DNA of 47,075 nucleotides from Phoronis australis (GCA_002633005.1 NMRA01000424.1:154593-201667); one strand, 5' to 3'. Shown: positions 1-11,864, counted from the stretch's first letter. Made by a program: numbers and translations. Notes: a model not told the origin generated them from the letters alone.

Positions 1-575
1 AAAACCTGTTGTACGCGGCACACAACGCCATCTGGTTTCTACTGCTATCGATGAGCAAAGATGGCTGATTTCTCCCGTGCCTACTGCCTGGTAGTTGTGT
101 TGCTTTTGACAAAAAATAATCACAACAAAGAGGGGGATCGTAGTAGTCTTCTGTATTTCATTCATATTTATGACCTTTTCTGAACTCTTCCCAATGAAAG
201 ATTTTGTCAAATATTTGATCAATTTTTAACATAAGATAAATGCTGAAGCTGTAATTCACTGTGCACCGCACAGAGGACGGGAGTGGGCTGTCCTGATCCT
301 ACATATGAAAATATTTTGCAATTGACTTTGAAACGATGTGTTTTCCATGCGTCTTGGACACACTTTGGCCGATCAAATTTTCCAAAAAGTCGGTCAATCA
401 AGGTTTTTATGTCGAATTTTGTTTTACTTTTTTTCTAGAAAATTTAACAGACGTGAGATTAAAGCACAATGACATCAAGTATTCATGTCAAAAAAACGAG
501 AATCAAGGTAAAAACGCGATAGTTAACAGACCTATGTATATGGGTCACGGGTGACTTCAGTAGTAAGGCTTCATG

Positions 576-644
576 CCTGGTTGTATTAAACAGGATCAAA
601 ACTCTATAGGGATTACACTTTTGATCCTGTTTTCTGCAACCAGG
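576..644. mobile_element. Small hairpin MITE-like element
   Basis: CCTGGTTGTATTAAACAGGATCAAAA (576-601) is an imperfect inverted repeat of TTTTGATCCTGTTTTCTGCAACCAGG (619-644); ends resemble the ...TGCAACYGGCC termini at 726-739, 16543-16967 and 31921-31934. Confidence 0.6.
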
Positions 645-1223
645 ACCAAATGTTTTTGTTATTTTGATAAACTAATACTTGAAAATAGATGCACTTGAAT
701 GACTTAAAAAGATTAATTCCCACATTATGCAACTGGCCCTATGCCCAAGGATGTGTCGCTGCATACATTCATGTTACTATACCCAATAAATAAGCCTAAA
801 AATTTCATAATCTGTTCAATCTCTAGCCGTTGATGAGACAGCTTTGAATATCATTAGTGTGTTATTAGACTCGTACATTCTAGACTAGGCAATTGTCATG
901 GTTAGGAAATGTCATTGAGTGTGGAAAAGTTGCAGTTTTATGTGGTGTTAAATGCAACCATGTTTATTAGCAAATTCGCAGTCGCTGCACCAGGTTGGAA
1001 TTTTGTCGCGACAAGTTTAGCTTACTTGTGTCGAGTTTGAAGTATTGAGAGATTGTCCATTTCTTAAACAAATAGGATTTTTGATACCAGTACTATGCAT
1101 TTATTTCAAAACTTAACGCACAAACTATAAACATGGACTTTCAAGTGCATACACGGATTTTGTAATTATGTATTCATTGTCTGTTATAGGCTGCGTTGTT
1201 GGCAGTATCTTTGTTGAGTGGGA

Positions 1224-1754
1224 ATGTTGATGGACAAGACTTTGAGTCCTTTCAACAACCAGCTGTTCCCGGCTCCACCAGGGGGCACCACCTCTGCACC
1301 CATCTCAACCGGTGAATCTCAGAACTACGCTCCGTCAGGCGTCATCGTTACGTCAACGAACATGAACAATATGAACCCGGGTGTTCCCATGGGGATGCAT
1401 TCACCCCATCACGCCCCGAATCAGCCGGGACACCACCCCATCCGACCCCCACCGACGGTGTCCCGCGCCTTACCGACGGCAGGTAAGATCTACCCTCCCA
1501 ATCAACCTCTGGTGTTCAACCCAACGAATCCCAACGCTCCGCCCATCTATCCGTGCGGTATCTGTCACAAAGAGGTGCATGACAATGACCAAGCCATTCT
1601 ATGCGAGAGTGGCTGCAATTTTTGGTTCCACCGTATATGTACAGGATTAACAGAGCATGCGTATCAGATGTTGACACAGGAAGTCTACGCCGAGTGGGTC
1701 TGTGACAAGTGCCTAGCTACGAAGAACATTCCGCTGGTGAAAATGAAGCCGTAG
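1224..1754 (+). CDS. pygo: Pygopus (Wnt/beta-catenin co-activator), C-terminal PHD finger; 176 aa if started at ATG 1224
   Basis: GKIYPPNQPLVFNPTNPNAPPIYPCGICHKEVHDNDQAILCESGCNFWFHRICTGLTEHAYQMLTQEVYAEWVCDKC closely matches the Pygopus C4HC3 PHD finger; preceded by N/P/G/M-rich low-complexity stretch. Strong splice acceptor at 1188-1189; in-frame TGA at 1215-1217. True N-terminus uncertain. Confidence 0.95.
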   Translation: MLMDKTLSPFNNQLFPAPPGGTTSAPISTGESQNYAPSGVIVTSTNMNNMNPGVPMGMHSPHHAPNQPGHHPIRPPPTVSRALPTAGKIYPPNQPLVFNPTNPNAPPIYPCGICHKEVHDNDQAILCESGCNFWFHRICTGLTEHAYQMLTQEVYAEWVCDKCLATKNIPLVKMKP

Positions 1755-3862
1755 ACACCATGGCAACGCATAATTCATGGCCTTCCATTTAAGTGGATGG
1801 GTTTAGAACATATGTTCCTGGAACGATAGTGTCAAGTGACGAAAAACATTGCATCAGGCTAAGATATGGTATAAAATGAACACGTCTGCTTAGCAATTGA
1901 AATGGCCATAACTAGCATTCCATCTCAAAGAACATTTTTTTTTATTTAGACTTCTTGCTTTTACAAAACTGGTCTCAAAGTCTTCCTTCGTATTACTGGA
2001 GGTGACATGGAGGCTTGAGACCAGACTCTACCAACTGGCTTGTCACTGCTTGTCATTAAGCACAGAGTATGGTTACTACAAATAACGAGCTCTCTGTTGT
2101 TTGCAAACGAAGAAATCACTTCTCATCTGAGTAAGTAACGAGTTGAAACCAGTTTTAACAAGCTCAAACCAATTTTGTAATGACAAGTTTTCTAAATAAA
2201 AAGTTCGTGTAACACAGGTTTATAGCGAATCCATGATGCGAAGGAACATTCTGCTCCGTGATACTGGCCTCTAGTCCTCGCCATTAAGGAACTGAATGAT
2301 TGTGGTGTCTTATAGTGAAGATGTACTTTAGAAATGAGGTTTGTGTCTGGTATCGCCTGATATTAACGCAGGATTGGATAGCAAACATGTCTGGTAACAA
2401 CAAACATTCCTGGTGTTGAACTGCTTGGAACAAACTCTTAGTCATCAGCAGTATTCCTGTTCCAATTCAGTAAAAAAATCGCAGTANTATCCCCCTCCCC
2501 CCTCCCCTGTTAGGAAAGCTTGAAAATGTCCTTTGACATGCCTGTGAACACATATGACTGACCGAGTACTGATAAAATCAGTGTCGTAATAAATAAACAC
2601 ACAAAAGGCAGAGCAATACCTCTCGTATGTCGATAGCAGTGTGGTTTTAGATGACAGACTGCATAGAATTTTAATTGAGAAATCAAACCTAGCAACTAAT
2701 GAATAAAGTTTCCCAGAATTACTCCTGGCTAAGTTGATGTAACTGAGAATTCCTTGAAATTTTGTGTCCCAGCAGTATTGTATGGGAATGGAACTTCTGT
2801 TGGCTGTCGAGAAGCTGCAGTGGAGATTTAATGCTCTTTTATTATTCTCAATGATAATTGTGCTGGCCATTATTGACGTCAGAAATAAATAAATTGGAAT
2901 AGTGCAAATATAAAATGACAAGAATGTTGGTACAAGGTTATTGAAATTTCTAGTACTATGAACAAAACCTTTCAATTTATTCTAAGTTAGAATGAGGAAT
3001 GATGAAGCCAACTTATAAAGTTGGCAGCAGTTTCCGTGACAACAATACCTGTATTATTTGCTGTAAGACAAGTCTTTTTTATCTAGGGCATAAAAGGGTA
3101 AAATTTTGTCACAACAAATTTTCAACAAAAATGAAATTTAGAGAATTGAGCCTCTTGCAGCAGAACTTTGGATTTTTTATTGTACATGGCCTGCCTTTGA
3201 AAAAATTCTAGCTAATTTTGTGTTAAAAAGGGGCAGAGTTTTCTTATGTTAGGACAAATTTTTGATATGTAACTTGTTGTTTAAAGCTTTCTGTTTTGTA
3301 GAATTTGGTACACGGGTTTGTGAATGTGATGTATACTTTGTGTTTAAAAAGTGCCATGAGAAGAAATGGTTTTACACCAACCAAATGTATTGTTGAATGA
3401 CGAAGACTGACAGCTTGTGGTCATGGTAACTGTGGACAAATGTAGATGTTGTTAACAATTTTAAAATTCTGTAGCAAGAAGGGATTTCTTATGCCTGTTC
3501 TATGACTAACTACCACCCATTTCAAACAAAAGGTATTGGCAAAATTGTCCCGTCAGAAGTTAGTGACGTGAATGCTCACCAGGTGTTTCAGACGGTAAGC
3601 CTCAAGGCATGTATTAGGAAATGGCATATTTCTACCTTTCCAGTACCCCAAAATATATGCCCGGGCCTGTTTTCAGAAACAGTGTGCCAAAAACAGAAAA
3701 TGTGCAAGCGACATGGACATTGAATCAAGACTTTTAAATACATGTATAATTATTTGGTAGTTAACAGAGTTAATGGTTTGGTAAGCTCTCGTCAATTTAG
3801 GACGCAGTGTGGTCAAGTGAAATTTTATTTTATGATTTTCCACGAAAGACATGTCACTTCAA

Positions 3863-3970
3863 CCATGTTCAAGTTCAGTACCATACCTACCACCAGGTGT
3901 CACACCAAACGAATACTCATCCATGTTCAAGTTCAGTACCATTAGCTACCACCAGGTGTCACTCCAAAAC
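3863..3970. repeat. Tandem duplication, 58-bp period, ~2 copies
   Basis: CCATGTTCAAGTTCAGTACCAT..CTACCACCAGGTGTCAC at 3863 and again at 3921. Confidence 0.9.
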
Positions 3971-4538
3971 CAGGTGTTTCGAAAAAACATTGTCATGCAC
4001 TACAATATTAAAAACACTTGGAAAATGAAAAAATGACAGTTTTGCCAATTACCTTAATTGTACAGAATTTGTAGATTTAACCATATCAATGGAACTGTCA
4101 GTTCTCCAAAAACGTGATGAATTCTACGGTGTTCGATTTCTCATAAATCCCAGTTTTTGTTCAATGCTCGCTGACACTATTTTGGGAAACCCTTCAAACC
4201 ACAGATTTGTGGCTCCAAATGTATTCCAACAAGTCGACACTCAGCAATTTTCGAAATATTTTGGGATCCGTTTGTGCAAATTTCTCAAAATTTTTAAAAA
4301 CGTGATAGCTGTGGTACGTATCTTGAATTTGTAAACCATTAGTTTGCTGGTACTTACCGTTATGATAAAATCTTGTGCTAGAATTTGGTGAGATTATTTT
4401 GTAAATTTTATTGGCCCAGCCAAATTGTTGGGGCTGTATTATGAACTCAAAGGTATTTGTTGGACACTGTGTTGTTTAGTTTGGTACACTGAATTAGAAA
4501 TGTTTAACTTTGTTTTTGTATTGTAATGACCGTTTGTA

Positions 4539-4544
4539 AATAAA
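4539..4544 (+). terminator. Candidate distal polyadenylation signal of pygo
   Basis: AATAAA at the end of a T-rich + strand stretch downstream of the pygo stop; a proximal AATAAA is also present near 2195. Confidence 0.4.
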
Positions 4545-4680
4545 TTTTGTAACCACAGTAAAACAATAATTCGTTAAGTGTATTTTATTACCAAAAGATG
4601 TTTCGTGTTGATCTCGGATACAGGTGATGCGTGGTGGTTCTGTCGCGAGCTTCCTGACCAAAATCAGTTACGGGCTTGTA

Positions 4681-5021
4681 GACTCGTGCTTGTTCACCTG
4701 AAAAGCATGGCTCGCTAACTCAAATCCACTAACAGCATTCACACACTGCAAACACAGCAGGTGGACTAAACCTACATCATCTTCCCATAAAAGAGTAACT
4801 TTTTGAGATTGCATTAAATGTCAGTAGTGTATTTTGCTAATACTCTAATAACGTTGTATAAATGAAAACTTGTTTCTCATGTCTCAAAATTTACTTTCAT
4901 TACTGTCGCGCCAGCTCATTCCTGACATCTTGAGAAGAGCCATGTTGGTAGTCCATGAGCCGTGTTTCTGAGCAGATGCGAATCCTTGAGCCATGCTTCT
5001 AGGCTGTACAAGCTACGAGTC
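4681..5021. mobile_element. Degenerate foldback/MITE
   Basis: GACTCGTGCTTGTTCACCTGAAAAGCATGGCTC (4681-4713) is an imperfect inverted repeat of GAGCCATGCTTCTAGGCTGTACAAGCTACGAGTC (4988-5021). Confidence 0.6.
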
Positions 5022-5239
5022 CAGACATGAGTTTGTGAGTCAGTAAACTGTATTTAGAGGCCTGTGAGCAGCATTTGTGAGACAACTATGTTGATGAGTG
5101 CAGCAGTCGTGTTGTTTGGGAATCGTGATTGGTTTTCACAGTACCAATCTGTAGTGCACTGTGGGTAAAATTCAAGTCAAGCAACGTGATGTGATTAGAC
5201 ATTGTATTGTTGCAAATCCTATTTATTACTGATACACAG

Positions 5240-5459
5240 TACAGTACACCCCAAAAGGAATCGGGTAAAATACCATTTCCTTAATCATGTCAGGACATCT
5301 GTTACGATATCAGATTACCTGTCATGAGGGGTCATCTAGCTACCCTGATAGTGAATTACATTTGCACTGACCAGTCATGACAGAGATGACACTTACATTC
5401 AGTAGACATGACGGAGAATTCCAGTTCATTTTGTCAGACTGTTTTTGGCGTGTATTGTA
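5240..5459. mobile_element. Possible MITE with short TIRs
   Basis: TACAGTACACCCCAAAA vs reverse complement of TTTTGGCGTGTATTGTA, 15/17 match, TA at both ends. Confidence 0.4.
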
Positions 5460-5922
5460 AGTAAATCAGATAGCAATTAATGGCAACTTTCATTCGAAAT
5501 ATCTCTTGCATTTTTCAAACACAAAATAATAATAATAATAATAAAGTACATTAATGAATAATATTGTTAACAAAATGCCCAAGAAAAGACTGAAGTAAAA
5601 TGGAAGTAACACACAATGTTGTTTTTAAAACAATACAATGTTCAAGAGTTTTTAAACGCTAACACACTTCCGAGTGAAAATTCAAACTGAGGAGATTCCG
5701 TTTCTCTTTTTAAATAAATTTTCATGAAATTGCAATTTTCAGAAGGTTCTGCAACAACAAGTTTTTCAGTAAAATATTGCACAATAAGTATAAATTTATC
5801 TCATGGAATGGTTTCAACGACTCTTGCACTCTTCAGCACACTTAGCTTCAACACATGAATCGGCAATAAATGCCAATAAGCTCACTTCACTCTCAAGACA
5901 AACTATTTGCATTTGTTCTGGT

Positions 5923-6103
5923 CAGGGATGAATTCCTTGGAGCAAGTTTGGAGAGATCTCGTGCGCTAACGCTTGCCTTTTGCGAGCAAGCACACCACCT
6001 CACCCGCAAAATATCTGCCACTAGCATGATTGGTCGGAGAGATTGGAAAGTTGCATTATGGGAGTCAATTTTAAGTTAAACCGTTTCGGGAATCCATTCC
6101 TTG
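5923..6103. mobile_element. Possible degenerate MITE
   Basis: CAGGGATGAATTCC (5923) vs reverse complement of GGAATCCATTCCTTG (6089-6103). Confidence 0.35.
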
Positions 6104-8291
6104 ATGCCCACTTCTTGGAATAACCTTGCATTATGTAACGCATTCCAAATCAATGCCCATGCAGGCTACTTTCAAAAGTCAACAAAAGTTCTGCTGGGGA
6201 AAACGGCAGCAGAACACAACACAGTCCCAACTGCAGTCTTGCTACCCATGTCAGTTATTCGCTGCATTGAATAATACAGCAACACGCACAGCATACGAAA
6301 ACATTAAATAGGGATAACTTGCAAAAAGCACACACATATAAGTTCATAATAACCTCTCTGCTTAGTAATTATACTCGAAATACAAATAGATATGTTTAGA
6401 CAAACCCTGTTAAGATTTGAGCGTTTCAAAATAAAGCCCTCAGAAAAACTACACGACTGCAGTAAAACTTGCACAAGTCAGATCTTTGTTTAAATTTACA
6501 GCGCCACCTTTCGGTGTAACTTTGCTTTCATTTTACCCACGATGCTTCAGCATTCCCAATTACAGTTGACAACTACATGTAGTTGCTAGGTATGAAAAAG
6601 AATATTCACTAAAAGGCCATTAACTGTTTATTCCAGTTTGAACGAAGAGATTTTGTTTGAACTTAATTAGAACTGCAGGACAATTAAAAAGTTGACATCA
6701 ATCCCGATCTATTCTCAGTTTGTTTCACGCTTTGATTCAAAGTGATTTTAGGCCAAAAGAACACTTGCAGATTGTTATTGTCTGAAACTACGGTTCAGTA
6801 AGTTGGCTTGGTTTCAACTAAAGAGAAAGACAGCTCAAGCTCTCTACAACCCAGAAATAATTTTGCATGAGTAAGTGACGCCATATTTATAGTGCTAATT
6901 GCTCCAAATCAAAAGGTAGTTTTTTGCGGAAGGCGAGTTGTTTATAGCAATTTCAACCGAGACAAGGTTACGCAGCACACTTCGCCAGTTGGATAGGCCA
7001 CATTTGGCCTAACTCTGATAAAACCTCCGGAATTGGTTAGATCCAAGTTATGCAAATTTTACTGAAATATTTACATGTGAAAAATTCACTTCTGGCTGTC
7101 CCAGCTTTCGTTTTACATTCAAAAGATTTGCGCTTTCTAATCTATGTTTTTTCCGAGCAACATTAGAATACGCTATCAAAAATACAAACACCAACAAAAA
7201 ACTTTGCTCCACCACCGTACAACATTAGTATCTCATACAAAGTGAAAGGTGTTCCTTGATACCAGAGACACATGGTGGCCGCACTCGGAACTTCATCTAC
7301 CAGAATTTGCTATAATCATAAATTGATTTAGTTTTCCATACATTGCATTATCAGATACGATAATTAAAACAATTCTAAGCTGCCAATGTAAAGCAATCTT
7401 AGAACTGGAAAAATTTATAGAACAAGTATTCAAAATCTTTAGCAACTTTACACACTAGTGGTGAACGTCACATAGGAGGTTGTTCACTTGTAAACCCCAT
7501 TCTCAGTGGTCCCAAGACATATGGGTGCACCTGAGTAAACATTTAATAATGCTGATGTATCTTCCTCTACATACTAGAAACTGGTGAACGATGCAATAAT
7601 ACCATCATAGTTGCACCTACTCCTTGTCCTCTTTAAATACTAGCTGTGAAGAGAATGCCAGCTCTGGACAAATGTTATCGACTGGTGTCTGTAGTTGAAC
7701 TAAATCTGCTGAATTTGTCCCGTCTGCCTGAGTATCCACCTGAGTGACAGCTACTCCTAGGAGAGACAAGGCACCAAATTAACAACGTTGGGGCTAAAAT
7801 ACCACAGTTGCAGCCTGTAGTTGGTTCTGGTCTACTTTTGAGAACAGGGATGGAAAGAGTGACATCGCCATAATGACGTAGTCGAGGAGACTCTGCCAAC
7901 TTGGTTCTGACACTTCCAGCTTTTCTACGAGAAATCCCAGTGGGTAAAAAGCCGCAACTGGAATCACTAATCAATTCGTTTTAGAAAAAAAATGTGGTCA
8001 GTATCCTTATTTGTATGGTTGACAGATACTGTGTCATGAGCTTCAGATCTTAATGGTTACTTTTGCTGAATTTTGACATTTTGAACAAATGTGTAAGTGA
8101 ATAGGCCACTGCCATATTGTTGGTTTTCAATGCAATAACTTTCCGTCGGTACTGATGTGGTGATGTGAAATTCTTTTTGTTGTCTGATTTTCCAAAAAAA
8201 TCCAACAGGGGAGGTTGGTTGTCACTTGAGTAGTGACCTTCTTTTAGTCAATGAAGTCATACAGCCAGGTGACTGGGGTTGACAACCCACA

Positions 8292-8326
8292 TCATTTAAA
8301 ACTAGCTTGCACACATTTGTGTAGCT
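8292..8326 (-). CDS. TM-protein tentative terminal coding exon
   Basis: Acceptor TCGTCTGTTTCCAG, phase 1 gives ELHKCVQASFK*. Confidence 0.45.
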
Positions 8327-11300
8327 CTGGAAACAGACGATGTAGAATTTACAGACAAAAACAATGTTAACTTTCAAAATTCTTGGCACAATAATTTCAA
8401 GTTAATTCCTAGACATTTCAGACATATTACTTTCAAAAATTTATGAAAGGGTTCTTATTCGAGGCACGCTTTAATGTAAGGAGGGAAGTATCGATTCAAG
8501 AAAACAGTTCGAGCAGCTCACCAAAAAGCATTCTTGGACTAGTCTTGGACTGTTAAATGTTTCCCACGTATGCAATTACAAAGCAACGTACCACTGTAAT
8601 TAGGAGATGGGAATGACGAGTCAATGACAGCACTGTATGGTGGAGGACTGGCAACCTCTTCATGAGCCTGCATGGCTTCTACGACAATCTGCAACACACA
8701 AGAATGTGTACAGGGTTAGAAAACGACCTGAAACAGCAGCGACAACAAAACTTTACAATCAGTTCTACAGTAAAATCTCATCAATTTAGGACAGGACAGG
8801 ACAAAGAAAACAGCGATTGTTTTTCAGTCTTCAAAGGCCTCTAGCATAGTTGTGAATGCCCACAGTTGTCAAGACTTTGCCTTGTGATAACTGTGTCCCA
8901 ATAAATTGAACACGGGAAGGCATTCATTTGGTGATACATACCTTTTAAGGGGAAAAAATGAGAAAACAAAATGTCACCTGCCCGCCATATTGTGTCGTCC
9001 TGAATGGGTCCACATCTACCATGACCACCACGGCATCATAAAACATGTTGATAAGGTGAAAAAACGTTGGAGTGGGACCAATACATTCCATAGCTAGATT
9101 ACTCTAAGACATGGTCATGTGACTCAAATGATAAAAAGTCAAAAATCAAGCTCTACAGGATTTCTATTTTCAGAAAATGAATACTTTACTTAAAATCTAT
9201 AAATTTGCAAATATTTGGCTAAATACAGAAACTTCTCAATAAGGTTGTCATAGCCTTGAGCTTGCACAGATGTAACCCTGGCTCACAGGAACATAAAAAT
9301 ATTTAGGAGTCAGACGTCTGCAACTTCACCAACTTCCGTCTCAGTCCCTAACACATTGCCACATTTTGTAAAAGAACGTTTAACACGTCTGCAAGACAAG
9401 CCACGTGTGATCATGTGCCTACATACCTCTGGTGGTGAGTTACTGTGTTGCAGAGCATCTTCGTAACTAGGAGGACACTCGACGCGAAGCCCAACACAGG
9501 GAGGCGTCGCCTCCATGTCGTGCCGGAATTGCTCGCAGTCGTCATTATCAGCCCGTGCAGTGATCAAAAACAAACGTTGGCGACGGTTACGACGCTGGCG
9601 TTGCTTGAAACGACAACAATAGACAATGCCAAGCGAGAGCGCCACCGCGAGGGTGATGAGGGCGGCAAGTCCGATGATGACACCAGTAGTTCCAAACATG
9701 GATGATGACGACGACAAGTTGTGATCTTCACCATCCCACATATGCGGTGGTGGTGCGAAAGTAAACATCTCTATCGGAGGAACAGTGAACTCATTCCACT
9801 TATCCAAGTCTTTGTGCCAATCAATTTTTGAAATGTCAAAAGGCTTTGCTGTGGTCCACCAGCTATTCCAATCAATGTTTTGTATGTCTAAAGGCTTCAC
9901 TGTGGTCCGCCTGGTATACCAATCTTTAAACACAGGCCACTCCTGTATTCGCGGAGTGCTGGCTCTCCATGTCTTATCATTTAGTTTCTGGAAGGATGGG
10001 GTACTTTTGTCTACATCCCTGCCAGCTGGAGAATCCGAGTCGCCATTGTTTCCACAAAACTCTTTCAAGTCGTATTCAGTGAACTGTCCTGATCTTCGCA
10101 GCCAATCACAGTTCACTAAAAATGAATTAACAGTCGTCCTCTTTCTACTAGATGGAGTTGCAGTACTAGCGAGTGCGGTTATACCTGAAATGGTAGTCAG
10201 ACATGGTAAATACAATCATAAACTATTATTATCGTACATAGGTGACGATACGGCTATGTAACAACACTCTGCAGAATGCACACCTGTAGTGCATCATACG
10301 GCCGAAAAGTATAACTTGCCTAGAGGTAAAATTTAAACAATTTAGGACACGATATGGCAGATAAGTGAAAATCTGCCAATATTCTTGTGGACGGAATCAT
10401 GGAATTTCATGGATTATGTTCTTAATTTTTGGTAACTGATAAAAAAATTTTTAGAATTATGATGAGTACTACTGAAATACGTGATACAATTGATTGAGAA
10501 GTCATGAACCGGAGCAGACTAGACAGTCACTGAAAAATAAAACGTCACAATTTTGACAATCACTTTTTCACGAAAAACAAAATATCTCAAAAATTACTGA
10601 TTTAGAACAATCCTCTGTGGAGTTATCCAGTAGCTAACGGTTGCAATGGTTAAAGGGCAGCAAAAACATAGTTAACAACAGCAGCAGATGTCATTGTGTG
10701 ATGTCACTGTCTCTATGGAAACACTTGACCAGACATTGGGCTATCAAATCTGCTAGCCGTGACCTGTGAAGCCTGTACAATTAAACCTTAACAAGGGCTG
10801 TGAACCTGGAAACTTTCACGCTTGACAGGATCTTGCACAGACATCACAAAATCACAGTTGTAATAATTATTGCTAAATAGTGATGATAACATCTGATCAT
10901 ATTTTAAGATCACACAAACTTTTCCTCATCGAGCCCAGAAATTCCCCTCCGATGATTGAAAAATTCACCTCAGGTTTAGAACCACTTTTAACTCACGTAG
11001 ACCCTCGAATTGCCAGAGACCATGGAGGTGATTTTCCCTTCCTGGAAAAATTACCCACTCACAAGACATAAGCGCCTTTACACTCAGGTGAGAGAGGGTC
11101 ATAGCGATAGATCATACTCTCCCATCAAGATGAGTGTCTCCGCAGGCATATTTGCTTTTCCAAAGCAACGCGGTCGCATTCTTATTCTTTTCTCGAAAGG
11201 AGAAACTGGTTCAGATACAACGACTTCAATTGACCTATCGCAAGCTCCTCCCCCTTGCGAAATGTTGACAAAACAACAGTAAATTTTGCCTGGCAACGAG

Positions 11301-11864
11301 CCGTTTGTCGGGTTAAATGGCGACATGGAAACGAAACTGTGTCAAGAATGCTGCTTTGTGATTGGTCAGTTAAACCGCCACACAAACTCCTGGCGATAGG
11401 TCAATTCTCGAGGCAGTCAAACTACATTAGAGGCTGAAACTAGCTCACCAAGACAAAGCCAGGAAAAAAGCTCTGAAGAATTTATATCCAACTGAGCAAA
11501 ACAGAAGAGACCAACTTGATAAGTAACCAAACGAAAATCTAGTGTTATTTTTTGATATAGGGAGTCAGTTTACTGTCCCTGTAATAAGGTGTCAAGCAAA
11601 ACTTGACCCCCGACCCCCTTGCTCAGCCTGTGAAATGACCAACAGCAACCTGTCGTGTCTTTCCAGCCCATAAGCCACACCTACTTCAAGTAAGATTAAT
11701 AAGCATACAATCCAGTTGTGTGAATGGTGTAAATCTATTAGTTAATTACCCTTTTAATAGACAAGGTCACAACCTTTAAGTAAATAATATCATCAATACT
11801 CACTAGATGTGACTGTCAGACATGTGATGACAACGCCAGTCCATAGAGTAGGAGTACCCATCAT
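8292..11864 (-). CDS. Uncharacterised single-pass type I membrane protein with two PPxY motifs (~316 aa, 4 coding exons)
   Basis: Exons 11864-11804 (MMGTPTLWTGVVITCLTVTS, signal-like), 10184-9427, 8688-8592, 8326-8292 join in phase (1,0,1) with GT-AG sites; TM GVIIGLAALITLAVALSLGIVY followed by CC and basic RFKQRQRRNRRQR; cytoplasmic PPSYEDAL and PPPY. Last exon tentative. Confidence 0.8.
8592..8688 (-). CDS. TM-protein exon with PPPY motif
   Basis: Acceptor TGTGTTGCAG, IVVEAMQAHEEVASPPPYSAVIDSSFPSPNYS, donor G|GTACGT. Confidence 0.8.
9427..10184 (-). CDS. TM-protein main exon (ectodomain, TM, PPSY)
   Basis: 758-nt exon inside the 301-aa ORF; acceptor CCATTTCAG, donor GAG|GTATGT. Confidence 0.85.
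11804..11864 (-). CDS. TM-protein coding exon 1 (signal peptide)
   Basis: Acceptor TTTGTATTCCAG, CC-ATG-ATG, donor A|GTGAGT; phase 1 matches next exon. Confidence 0.75.

Noticed and set aside
2445-2975. 176-aa minus-strand ORF
   Set aside because: Antisense to the pygo 3' UTR, non-ATG start, no recognisable motif, spans an N beside a C-rich tract.
9445-10261. Plus-strand ORFs of 86 and 158 aa
   Set aside because: Antisense shadows of the TM-gene main exon.
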